Of a DNA stretch of 64,000 nt, positions 1 to 12,382 are shown piece after piece (the first letter of the stretch is position 1; every line of letters starts with the position of its first letter). Made by a program: the position numbers and the translations under genes. Where the stretch lies: the NCBI GenBank assembly GCA_038087875.1, contig CM075987.1, forward strand, positions 18,726,001 through 18,790,000, given 5' to 3'. The notes beneath the pieces are model-generated. The model searched no databases and was not told where the DNA came from. It saw only the letters and a list, made by a program, of their open reading frames with translations. Origin of the DNA: Malacoraja senta (taxonomy: Eukaryota).

Positions 1-3000
1 TTATGTCTAGAATGCATTGACTAGCTATAGCCAATACATGATTAAAAACCTGTTTCTGTATATTTTTTAACATCCATACATAGCAGATTATTGTTAATTA
101 GTAAACATTCTGGTGTATAAGTGTAGATCATGTTATACAAACCAGTTTCTGCTATTCGTGTATCAGTTTGGCATTCACTGGATTTCCAACTTCAGCTACT
201 TGTTTCACTTTCAGCTCAAGCCAAAACACTTTGGACAGTATATTCAGGACATTAAGCGCTTTAATATTCCTGGAACATCTCCAAAAAGCCTTCTTATAAG
301 GTTTTAATCTTTCATTGAATGCAGCGTAACTGCAGCCTAATCAGTTTTGAGTTTTCAGCATGAAACCAATATGTTTCACTCTTACATTCCACATGTCAGA
401 AAACATAATATTCTCCCTTTTGAAGTCACGGAGTAATGCGGCACGGAGGCTCACGTGTCCATGCTGACCGTGAAGCACTCTATCTAACGCTAATCCTACC
501 CTAACCCATTCTATTCCCTGTACATTTCCATCAACTACACCCAGATTTGTTTGGAGATTAATGTAACTGCAGTGGCTGGAATCTTGAGCAAAACACTAAA
601 TACTGGAAGAACTCAGCAAGTCAAGCAGAATCTTCAGAGGAAATGGTGATGTAGCATTTTGGGTCATAAGGCCATAAGTGATAGGAGCAGAATTAGGCCA
701 TTCGGCCCATCAAGTTCTCTCCGCCATTCAATCATGGCTGATCTATCTCTTCCTCCTAACCCCATTCTCCTGCCTTCTCCCCATAACCCCTGACACCCGT
801 ACTAATCAGGACCCTACAGGCTCAAGACCAGATTTGTTTGGTTTTGTTTATTTATTGTCACGTGTACAGAAACAGCAGGCAGTGTCACCACATTCTGGTG
901 TCACTTGCAACTTACAAGTCTTTGAAAAGTCCGTTCTTGGCCTCAGGAGATATGCAATTTCTTATTTTCTCACTGTAAGGCCCATGTCCTGGCAGCACTG
1001 GATCGGTTAGGTGGGGGTCGGCCTTGCCCAGCGCAATGCGCATGATGCTGTCAGCTTTTCCCACCATCTGCAAACAAAGAGCAATTTTGGGATGTGGGAA
1101 AAGACCAGAGCCCCCAGAGAAAATCCATGTGGAAACCATAGGAAGAACGTGTAAACTCCAGACAGACAGCAGCGGAGGTCAGGGCTGCATCATGTGTGCC
1201 GTTCACCTCAACATTCTCACCATCCTGCAGGTAATTGCTACCTACACCCCTTACCAAAACCACTCGATGTGAAAGAGCAGAAATCTAAATAAGTGCAGTG
1301 CACAATGTTAAAATAAATCAATCTCTAAGCCACTATCCATTTCTATTCAAATATTTATGTCCCTTCTAATCAATCGACTAATAAAATATCAATTAGAAAT
1401 GGTGCTATTTTTGTATTTCTGTTCAATAACGTAAAATGGAAGCATGTCATTTTATTGATATATAAATGTGTAGATTTTTCTTTCGAGATACAGCATGGAA
1501 ACCGGAGGAGGTGCCATAAACATGACGACTCCTTGTGTTCTGCTTCAGTTTAATCTACTATTCTTACATTACAATCATCATACTCCTGTACTTGGCTATA
1601 ATTGTGCCAATTATATACAATTCCGTTCAGTAAGATTTTACTGAATTGTATGTAAAACAAAGAACATCACTGTATCTAGGAACATATGACATTAAGTACC
1701 ATTGAACCTTCAGCCATTGAGTCCATCGATCACCCGTTCATAGTAGTTCTATGTTATCCCACTTCATTCATCCATTCCTTACACATTAGGGGAAATTTAC
1801 AGCGGGCAGATAACCTACAAACCCGCACATCTTTGGGATGTGGGAGGAAACCAGAGTACCTGGAGGAAACCCACACAGTTACAGAGAGAGTACAAAACTC
1901 CACACAGATAGCACCCCAGATCAGGAGTCACTGTGGTGGATGTTTATATTAAGATGTATTTTGTGTGTTCCGCTGCTTTTTATTGTATGACTGACTTGGC
2001 AAATTAAATTCCTCGTATGTTGCAAAACATACTTGGCTAATAAAGTATTATTGTGATTGTGAACCCGGATCTGAGGCAGCAGCTCTACCTGCTGCGCCAT
2101 TGTCAATCATGGTTAAAGGCGCTATTATTAATCAGAGAATTAGAAGTGTAATTCCTCACATTTTTCTCTCCGAGTGTTATAAAATGTAATTAGATGAAAC
2201 AGACACGGCAAAAGCTTCAATATATCCCCAAGCGTCTGTTGCTGTTACTGCTTTATTGGTCGAAGAACACATCTCAGAAATCCAGCTAGAATGGCAGAAT
2301 GCAAATGACATAACATGGGAAATATAATAAATTTGGAGGGAGTCAGGACTGGTGATAAACCAGTCAACTTGCTGGCAGGTGCAATCATCTTGAGCAGCTC
2401 AAGAATATTACACATTCACATGAACATCAGGATGAGTTTACAAAGTCGAGTCAAGTCAAGTTTAGACCAAATTGAAAGAACAATATGTCATGTTCTGCTC
2501 GGGAAAAAATTCAAATTTCAGATAATTCACACCTCTGTTCTCCTCCTAAACACTGCCCACCTAGTTTTTTTCTTCCTTTGTTCACCTTTTCTATCCTCTG
2601 TGGTCGAACATAACATGCTAGAGTAATTCAGCGGGTCATGCAGCATCGCTAGAGAACATGGGTAAGCAATGTTTTGAATCAGGACCCTTCTTTAGACTGT
2701 AGTTGTGGGGAGAAAGCTAGAAATGAAGTGGGGGTTGGAAATGTGTAGGACGGAACTGCAGATGCTGGTTCAAGAAGGGTCTCGACCCAAAACATCACCC
2801 ATTCCTTCTCTCCAGAGATGCTGCCTGTCCCGCAGAGTTACTCCAGCTTTTTGTGTCGAGTCTGAAGAAGGGTCTCAATCCGAAACGTCACCCATTCCTT
2901 CTATGCAGAGACGCTGCCTGTCCTGCTGAGTTACTCCAGCATTCTGTGTCTATCTGGGGGTGGGACGTGATAGTTGGATGCAGGTGATGGGGGGTTTTGA

Positions 3001-5168
3001 TTGGCAGATATATGGTCAAAGGATAGAGATGAAAAGGAGACAGAAGGGTGACAAAGGGGAGCAAAGGAGACAAGAAGGAAACATCCTTTACCCCACATGA
3101 TCCATCTGCCCATCATCCCCTCCCCACCTGGTTCCATCGATCACCCACCAGCCTCTGTCTCGCACACACTTCGCTCATACTGCTGTGTACCGGCAAACTT
3201 TACTCGCCAGCCGAGTCCTGATGCAGGGTGTTGACCTAGAATGTTGACCTTATGTCTCCACATGTGCCATTTGACCCGCTAAGTACTTCCAGCCTTGTGA
3301 CTTTTGAAGCAAATACCAAATTATTTGGTGAGCATTGCAAAAGTCACGTCATGCTAGTATGGCCTAGACAATATCTATCATATTCAACCCCAGAGTTTTG
3401 CATTTCAAGGCATTAATACAATTCATCCATGGAAGGATTAATAAATGTTTTTTAATCTGCAAAATTATTATTTTTTAAATGCTCCCGGGGTCAGATCGCC
3501 CGGCGCAGGGGAGCTGAGATCCCCCCGATGCAGGAGCTTGATCGCTCCGACATGGAGGGCCCGTTGCCGGCTACGGGAGCCAAGATCGTCCCGTCAATGG
3601 AAGGCTCGAGGTCCCCGACCGTGGAAGAACAAAGATGGGAGGAGATTGAACTTTTTTTCGCCTTCCATCACAGTGAGGAATGTGGAGGAGTCACTGTGGT
3701 GGATGTTTATGTTAAAATGTATTTTGTTTTGTTTTGTTGCTTTTTAATGGTATGACTGTATGGCAAATCAAATTCCTCGTATGTTGCAAAACATACTTGG
3801 CTAATAAAGTATGATTATGATATTACCCAAATTATTTCCCCCCCTTTGTGGTTTGCTTCATTGTGTTTGGCAGCTTTGACGAATGCCAGGGATCACTTTG
3901 AGCCACACAGTTTTCTCAATGGATTAATAACAAATTATAGATTATAATTCTTTTGAGATACTTTGAAATAAAGGGCAGCGGAAGATGGGTTGATATTTGG
4001 CAAACATCAAAGATTGAGATTTTCATGAGGGGTCTGCCACAGCATTTGAAAAGGATGAGGGATAGTGACAACAAGAAATCACAAACTATGTCTGGCAGAA
4101 GACTAGATGTGTCATTGATAAATCCAGTAAGTAGGGAGGTATTATAACTTAGACCAGGAAAGCACAGGAACAGGCTCTTCGGCCCACTATGTCTGTATCA
4201 AACATGATGCAAATCTGCACACAGATGATCCATATCACATAATTCCCTATATGTATGTGCCTAAGTAAAAGCTTCTTAAATGCCACTGTTGAACCTGCCT
4301 CCACCAACACCCCTAGGCAGCACATTCCAAGTACCTACCAATCTCTGTGTGAAAACCTTGCTCTGCACATCTTCCCCCCCCCCCCCCCTCTCTCACCTTA
4401 AAGCTATGCCCTCTGGTCTTTGACATTTCCACCCTGGGGAAAAGATTCTGACTATCCTATTTATGCTTCTCATCATTTTGTATACTTCTATCAGGTCTCC
4501 TCTCAACCGCCAATGTTCTGGTGAAAACAGCCCAAAGTTGTCCTACCTCTCCTTACACCTAATACCATCTAATCCACGCAGTCTAGTAAACCTGTTTAAG
4601 AAGGAATTGCAGATGCTGGAAAATCGAAGGTAGACAAAAGTGCTGGAGAAACTCAGCGGGTGCGGAGCGAAGGAAATAGGCAACATTTCGGGCCGAAACC
4701 CTTCTTCAGACTGATGTAGGTTGGGGGTGGGGTGTGGGGGAGGGGGGAAAGAAGAAAGGAAGAGGAGGAGCCAGAGGGCTGAGGGAGAGCTGAGAAGGAG
4801 AGGAGACAATAAGGGCTACCTGAAATTGGAGAAGTCAATGGTCATGCCGAAGCGAAACTCACCAAGCGAAATATGAGGTGCTGTTCCTCCAATTTCCGGT
4901 GGTCCTCACTCTGGCCATGGAGGCCCAGGACAGAAAGGTCGAATTCAGAATGGGAGGGGGAGTTGAAGTGCTGAGCCACCGGGAGATCAGGTTGGTTATT
5001 GCGGACCAAGCGGAGGTGTTCAGCGAAGCGATCGCCAAGCCTACGCTTGGTCTCACCGATGTACATCAGCTGACATCTAGAGCAGCGGATGCAATAGATG
5101 AGGTTGGAGGAGGTGCAGGTGAACCTCTGTCGCACCTGAAACAACTGCTTGGGTCCTTGAATGGAGTC

Positions 5169-6705
5169 CCAGGGTACTTAAGGAAGTGGCTCTAGAAATC
5201 GTGGATGCATTGGTGATAATTTTCNNNNNNNNNNNNNNNNNNNNNNNNNNNNNNNNNNNNNNNNNNNNNNNNNNNNNNNNNNNNNNNNNNNNNNNNNNNN
5301 NNNNNNNNNNNNNNNNNNNNNNNNNNNNNNNNNNNNNNNNNNNNNNNNNNNNNNNNNNNNNNNNNNNNNNNNNNNNNNNNNNNNNNNNNNNNNNNNNNNN
5401 NNNNNNNNNNNNNNNNNNNNNNNNATGGATTTACAAAGGGGAAATCATGCTTGACTAATCTTCTGGAATTTTTGAAGATGTAACTAGGAAAATGGACAAG
5501 GGAGAGCCAGTGGATGTAGTGTACCTGGACTTTCAGAAAGCATTTGATAAGGTCCCACATAGATTAGTGGGCAAAATTAGGACACATGGTATTGGGGGTA
5601 GAGTGCTGACATGGATAGAGAAGTGGTTGGCAGACAGGAAACAAAGAGCAGGGATTAACGGGTCCCTTTCAGAATGGCAGGCAGTGACTAGTGGGGTACT
5701 GCAAGGCTCGGTGCTGGGACCGCAGCTATTTACAATATACATCAATGATTTGGATGAAGGGATTCAAAGTAACATTAGCAAATTTGCAGATGACACAAAG
5801 CTGGGTGGCAGTGTGAACTGTGAGGAGGATGCTATGAGAATGCAGGGTGACTTGGACAGGTTGGGGGAGTGGGCAGATGCATGGCAGATGAAGTTTAATG
5901 CGGATAAATGTGAGATTATCCACTTTGGTAGCAAAAACAGGAAGGCAGATTACTATCTAATGGCGCCAAGTTGGGAAAAGGGGAAGTACAACGGGATCTG
6001 GGGGGTCCTTGTACATCAGTCTATGAAAGTAAGCATGCAGGTACAGCAGGGAGTGAAGAAAGCGAATGGCATGTTGGCCTTTATAACAAGAGGAATCAAA
6101 TATAGGAGCAAAGAGGTCCTTCTGCAGTTGTATAGAGCCCTAGTGAGACCACACCTGGAGTATTGTGTGCAGTTTTGGTTCCCTAATTTGAGGAAGGACA
6201 TTCTTGCTATTGAGGGAGTGCAGCGTAGGTTTACAAGGTTAATTCCCGGGATGGCGGGACTGTCATATGCTGCGAGAATGGAGCAGCTGGGCTTGTACAC
6301 TCTGGAGTTTAGAAGGATGAGAGGGTATCTCATTGAAACATATAAGATTGTTAAGGTTTGGACACGCTAGAGGCAGGAAACATGTTCCCGATATTGGAGG
6401 AGTCCAGAACTAGGGGCCACAGTTTAAGAATAAGGACTAAGCCATTTAGAACGGAGACGAGGAAACACTTTTTCTCACAGAGAGCGGTGAGTCTGTGGAA
6501 TTCTCTGCCTCAGAGGGCGGTGGAGGCAGGTTCACTGGATGCTTTCAAGAGAGAGCTAGATAGGGCTCTTAAAAATAGCGGAGTCAGGGGATTTGGGGAG
6601 AAGGCAGAAATGGGGTACTGATTGGGGATGATCAGCCATGATCACATTGAATGGCAGTGCTGGCTCGAAGGGCCCAATGGCCTACTCCTGCACCTATTGT
6701 CTATT
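5169..6705 (+). mobile_element. Young CR1/HER1-type LINE, 5' truncated (RT plus 3' UTR)
   Basis: ORF 5492-6370 has YLDFQKAFDKV, GSVLGP, FADD; tail (ctattgt)n; TSD gagtc at 5164-5168 and 6706-6710. Confidence 0.95.
5225..5424. other. Assembly gap (200 N)
   Basis: Run of N inside the CR1. Confidence 1.
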
Positions 6706-8044
6706 GAGTCAAGGGGGAGGTAAAGCGACAAGTGTAGCATTTCTTAGTCTAGTAAACCTCATCTGCATCCTCTCCAAAACCTCTGCATCTTTCCTGTAAT
6801 GGGTATTCAAAGCAATAACTGGTTTCATGGATAAGCTTAGACATTACAATATTCTATGAAATGCATTTGGTACTATTTCATACGTTTGTTTTAAACAAAA
6901 GTGTTGTGAATTTGAGTTGCAGAAACCATAGATTGCACTCTTCCTGCTTAAACTCAAATTTCTTGTGACATTCCATTAGTTTGCCTCTCCCCCTCCAGAG
7001 CAGCCTCTATTATTGGCAATTCCCAATAGATCAAATCATATCTAGTGTGTAGCATATGGAAAACTTTCTAAGTTGTCCCTCCAGATCTCTATAAAGCCAA
7101 AATCTCAGAACTACATGTTTACCAAATGGATCATAAAAGCAGCCATAATCAGCAATGGGTCTACAAATATTTCTGGTGCAATGCACTTGACTGACAACGT
7201 TTCACAGTATAATCCAGTTTCTCCGTCCAGGGATATTGCCTGGCCTGCTGAATGTTTAGTGCTTTTCAGTTTTTATTTCCAATTTTCAGCATTGTTCTTT
7301 TTTCTCTTCAGAACGGCACATTGCATCTTAACTGTGTGTGTCTGGTTAAAACACAAATTTCTGTACAAAATGCATCATCTGGAGTTGGACAAGGATGCCA
7401 TTTTATGAAATGCAATCGGCAGCCATTAAAACGTAGTAAGACAATCTTGTTTTAAAGTAATACTGTCACCAATCAAGGAAGTCAATCATTAGCTCCATTT
7501 GTATCGAACAATGAGATTAGATTAGACTAATGGGGCCATACATCAACGCACCAGCTAAGTAGACTTCATGTACGCAAACAGCTAACATCAGCTCTTTGAA
7601 GCTGATTCAAATGCAACAGACCACACATTGTATATCTTGGTATGGTGCATGATGAGCACAAAGTGGTTTTAGATTGGATAGTCAATATATGGAACAAACA
7701 CACAAAAGATCGCAACCCATGAATTACAAGGGTTCTACACAGTACAGATCGAGTGATTGTGAGCCACAAGTGCACTCCAGATCATCAATCACAATTATAT
7801 TGTTGTATCATGTTATATGGAAGAAAGGGATGAAATTCTGCTGAAAATCATTTAAGTCATCTTTAATCCCAAGGGGCCTACTAAGTGGAAGACTGAGCTG
7901 AGGTCAGGCAAAGGAGGCAGATACACAAATGAATACAGGGCAGCCAGTCATCTTGTACACCTTCTAAAAGGACATTATGGAAAGCTGAGCAATAGAGACC
8001 ACCAAGCAGGGTAATTTATTCAAAGGAGCACATCAAACAGTTCC

Positions 8045-8990
8045 ACAAGGAAATGCAGATGCTAGAATTTTAAGCTAAACACAAAATACTGGAGGAACTG
8101 AGGTCAGGTGGCATCTGTGGAGGGAATGGGGAGGCAACATTTTGTGTCAGAATCCTTCTTCAGACTGATTGTAGTTGGGGGAGAAAGCTGGAAAAGAAAG
8201 TGGTGATTGTGCAAATGCTGGCAATTGATAGGTGGACACCTACACCTAGGTAAGGGGGAGGTGGGAGGTGGGGGAGGGGGGGTTAATTGACAGAAGTGGC
8301 AAAGGTTGGAGGTGAAAACGTGACAAAAGGGTGAAGAGACAAGATGAGGAGTGAAATGTAAACCTAGAGTGTGGGCTACACTGGGGACTGAAAAGAGGGG
8401 GGTAAAAAAGAAAGAGGGACTCAGGGAGGGTAAAACAGCAGGGAGACTGGTGAGTGGGTGGTGGGAGATAATGGGTGAAATCTGTGTGTACCAGGATGAA
8501 GGTGGCAACACTGTAAATCAGAGGGGGAAGAGGGGTGTTACTTAAAATTGGAGAATACAGTTTTCATACTGTTGCATTGCGGATTACAAAGTGCTGTATC
8601 TCCAGTAAGCCTGTGGCCTCACTCTGGTAATGGAGGGGGCCAAGGACAGAAAAGTCATTTTGGGACTGGGAAGCAAATATAAAATAATTAGCAACCAGGA
8701 GATCTAGCGGGCCTTAACAGAGTGCTAATGTTCAGTGAAACCGTCACCTAATCTATGCTTAGTCTCGCTGTTGCAATAGAGGCCACATCGGCAGCACCAA
8801 ATGCGCTAGGCGAGGTTTGAATGTTCTGCATGTGAATCCTGTCTCACATGGAAGAGCAGCTAGGGTCCCTGGACAGACATGAGGGACAAGTGTTTCATCT
8901 CCTGGTGAGTGAACCAAGGAGTTGTGGAGGGAGTAGTCTCTATAGAAAGGGAAAAGGTGTGGATATGAGAAGAAGCGACTGGTGATGGAT
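8045..8990 (-). mobile_element. Degenerate Penelope-like fragment
   Basis: Similar to the 4594-5168 element: same terminal arm, purine-rich tract and decayed GIY-YIG region. Confidence 0.65.
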
Positions 8991-9247
8991 ATGAAGGTGT
9001 ATTAATCTGCAATTGTTTGTTAGAGTAAAACAGGATGACTGCATATACATCAACATAATTGGGACACATCATTTTAGATCTGGCATTCATCCCGATCAAC
9101 TGCTTCTCTGCACCGTGATGAAAAGGTGTCTTCCACCACCCCCCCCCCCCCCCCACACATACTTCATTAAATTGCTCAAGAAACAATATATTTAGTTTAG
9201 TTTAGAAATACAGCATGGTAATAGGCCCTTCAGCCCATCTATCACAC

Positions 9248-9387
9248 TTCTTCTTTGTGCTTATGCCGTGCACAGCCTAAAGTTGTACGACAACTTGTTC
9301 TATTTGATGTTATTTGATTGTGCACGCCAGGTTGATTGCATTCGTCGAAACAGGGCGGACCACGTGAAGGTTGCACTCTCCCACCCC
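9248..9387 (-). mobile_element. Second copy of the HDV-like ribozyme-headed element (ribozyme 9334-9387), inserted in an HE1-type SINE
   Basis: Minus strand reads GGGGTGGGAGAGTGCAACCTTCACGTGGTCCGCCCTGTTTCGACGAATGCAATC...aaagaagaag. TSD atctatcacac/atcgatcacac at 9237-9247 and 9388-9398. Confidence 0.85.
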
Positions 9388-11645
9388 ATCGATCACACTA
9401 GTTTTATGTTATCCAACTTCTGCATCCACTCCCTACACAAAAGGCAATTATACAGTAGATACCAATTAACATACAATCCTGCAGAGCTTTGGGATGAGGG
9501 AGTAAATTGGAGCACCCAGAAGAACCCATGCAGTCACAGTGAGAACGTGCAAGCCCCACACAGACAGCAGATCGAACCCGGGTCTGTGGCGTTCTGAGGC
9601 AGCAGCACCCCAGGTGCACCAATGTGGAACCATACAATATCTGCACAAGTTATAAACATCACTTGCAACAAGATTGGATGAAGAAATCTGGCAATGCGTT
9701 CCAAGCCCCCACCACCCTCTGTAAGGAGGAGCAAGGTATCTCTAATATTAACATTTGCACTTTGGGGAATGCATAGAAAAACAAGGCAACAGCATATTAA
9801 CTCTAGAAACTGTGACGGTAAAGGTTGTGAGATTGGATACTTGAGGCGGGTTAGCGGATAAACAGAGAAACGTTCATAACTCATTGGAAAGGTCCACAGA
9901 AGGGTAAAAAGCAGTAAGAAGGATAAAAAGCAGTAAATATATATAATTGCTGCCATAAAATTTAATGTTGCCAATTTTTCAGGATTCAGCAGTAGAAGAA
10001 TCGGTTGATGGCTGAACTATAAAATCTGTCAAGACAACCAATGAAAAATGATCATAAAATACTTAATGAACTAGTGTTCACTGAATATGTTAGGAGCCTA
10101 ACATCACCCATAATTAATGATAATTAAGATTTATTTTTAATGATAACCATCTTAGATAGGCTTAGTGAGCTCAGAACTGACACATTCTTGTGAATGCAAG
10201 TATTCTATGATTGTCAATGAAGATATTTTGCCGAGTCATTTTGGGAGTTACAAATAATGGCCTCCTAAACTGAACAGCACTAACACTCGATAGTTATTGT
10301 TGGTGTTGATGAAATGAAACATTCTACATCAGTATATTCAGCACTTGACAGATCTGGACATTGCTGTTATGTATTAAGAACGGCACATTGGTGCAGCTGG
10401 AAGACCTGCTGCACCATAGCGCCAGAGACTGGACTCGATCCTGACCTCGGGAGCCATCTGTCAAGTTTGCACATCCTCCCTGCGACCACATGGGTTTCTT
10501 CTGGGTGCTCCGGTTTCCTCCCATATCCCAAAGAGGTGCGGGTTTGTGGATAAATTGGCCTCTGTCCAATTTCCCCTATTGCGTCCACAGAGTGGATGAG
10601 AAAGTGGGATAACAGAGTAGTGTGAACTAATGATTGATGGTTGGCATGGTCTCGTCGGCGAATGTACCCGTTTCCATGTTGTATAGAGCACAGAAACAAG
10701 CCCTTCGGCCCAACATGTTCATGCCGACCAAGGTGTCCCATCTGCACTAGTCCCACCTGCCCGCGTTTGGCCCATATCCCTCCAAACCTTACCTATCCAT
10801 GTATCTTCCAATCAAAAATGAAATTCTGAACTGCAAAATAGTGAAGCATAGGTTAGAATACTGAAGCACATTGTAGCGTACCTGGAGGTGTGGTAAATCT
10901 GACTGTCAGCATAAACATTAGCCTGGCTTGCTGTGGGCTAACATGCCTAGACTGGGCCAAATAGCCTCCATCTATGTGTAAGGAAATAAAAGAGGGGTGA
11001 TGTGGTGGCACAGTGTTATCCACCTTTTCACCTCTGGCCTTTGTCCATTCCACCCATCTTCCAATAATCCCCTTCACCTATATCCAGCTATTACCTGCCA
11101 GCTTTGCCCTGTCCCACCCTGTTTTCCAACTTGCACCGGTCTACTCCAATAAGTCTTGCTCCAAAATATTGCCTGTCCCTCCCCAGATGTTGCCTTATCC
11201 GCCGAGTTCCCCAAGACTTTGTATTTGGCTCTCCCCAAAAACATGTTGGTTGGCAGGTTGTCTACTTTAAATTTCACCGAAGCGTTGGTATGTGAAAAGG
11301 AGAAGACTGATTCTTGGTGACTGATAGATCATAGAACAGTACAGCACGGGAATGGGCCCCGTGGCACACAATGTTTGTGCTGATCATGAAGCCTAGCTGA
11401 ACTCATCTCATCTGCCTGCACATGATCCATATCCCTGTTCCCTGCACTTCCATGTGCCTATCCGAAAGCCTCTTAAACACCACTATCATATCTGCCCACA
11501 CTACCACCCCTGGCAATGCATTCCAAGCCCCCACCACCCTCTGTAAGGAGGTTTACCAGAATGCTGCCTGGATTAGAGGGTTTCATCGACAGGAAGAGTT
11601 TGGATAGACTTGGATTGTTTTCTCTGTAATGTCGGAGGTTGAGTG

Positions 11646-11649
<4 letters not shown>

Positions 11650-11714
<65 letters not shown>

Positions 11715-11828
11715 GTGTGTGTGTGGTTGGCATGGACAAGGTGGGCCAAAAGACTGTATTCCATGTTGTACAGCTCCTTGACTCTAATGTTGGAGGTTGA
11801 GTGGAGACTATATATATATATATATATA
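11650..11828. repeat. Two (TA)n microsatellites
   Basis: Pure TA arrays at ~11649-11710 and ~11809-11828. Confidence 0.95.
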
Positions 11829-12382
11829 TGTCTCCACTCAACCTCCGACATTACAGAGAAAACAATCCAAGTCTATCCAAACTCTTTCCTGTAGCAGAAA
11901 CCCTCTAACCCAGGCAGCATTCTGGTAAACCTCCTCTTCACCCTCTCCTAAGCTTCCACATCTTTCCTGTAGTGGGGCAACCGCACACAATATTCCAAAT
12001 GTAGCCTAACCAAAGTCCTATAGAGCCTGCATTATGACTTCCTGACTCTTGTACTCAATTGAAGGCAAGCATGCCATATGCCTTCTTTACCACCTTATCC
12101 TTGTGTAAGTGAGCTATGATCCTGGACTCCAAGATCCCTCTGTACATCCATGCTGTTAAAGGTTTTGCCATTAACTGTCTACTCTCTTCTTACCTTCAAC
12201 CTCCCAAAGTGCAACACCTTGCACTTGCTCGGGTTAAACACCATCTGCTATTTCTCCACAGCTGGTCTATATCCCACTGTATCTTTTGACCGCTTTCCTC
12301 ACTCTGCAACTCTTCCAATTTTGTTGTCATCAGCAAATTTACTCACCAATCCATCTACATTTACATCTAGCTTATTTATATA

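Larger units (their letters stand above)
4594..6745 (-). mobile_element. 5'-truncated Penelope-like element (GIY-YIG end plus hammerhead-type 3' region), interrupted by a young CR1
   Basis: ORF 4842-5144 has LIYCIRCSRC..YIGETKR.L..RF.EH (GIY-YIG with CCHH). 14-bp TSD agtctagtaaacct at 4580-4593 and 6746-6759. Confidence 0.88.
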
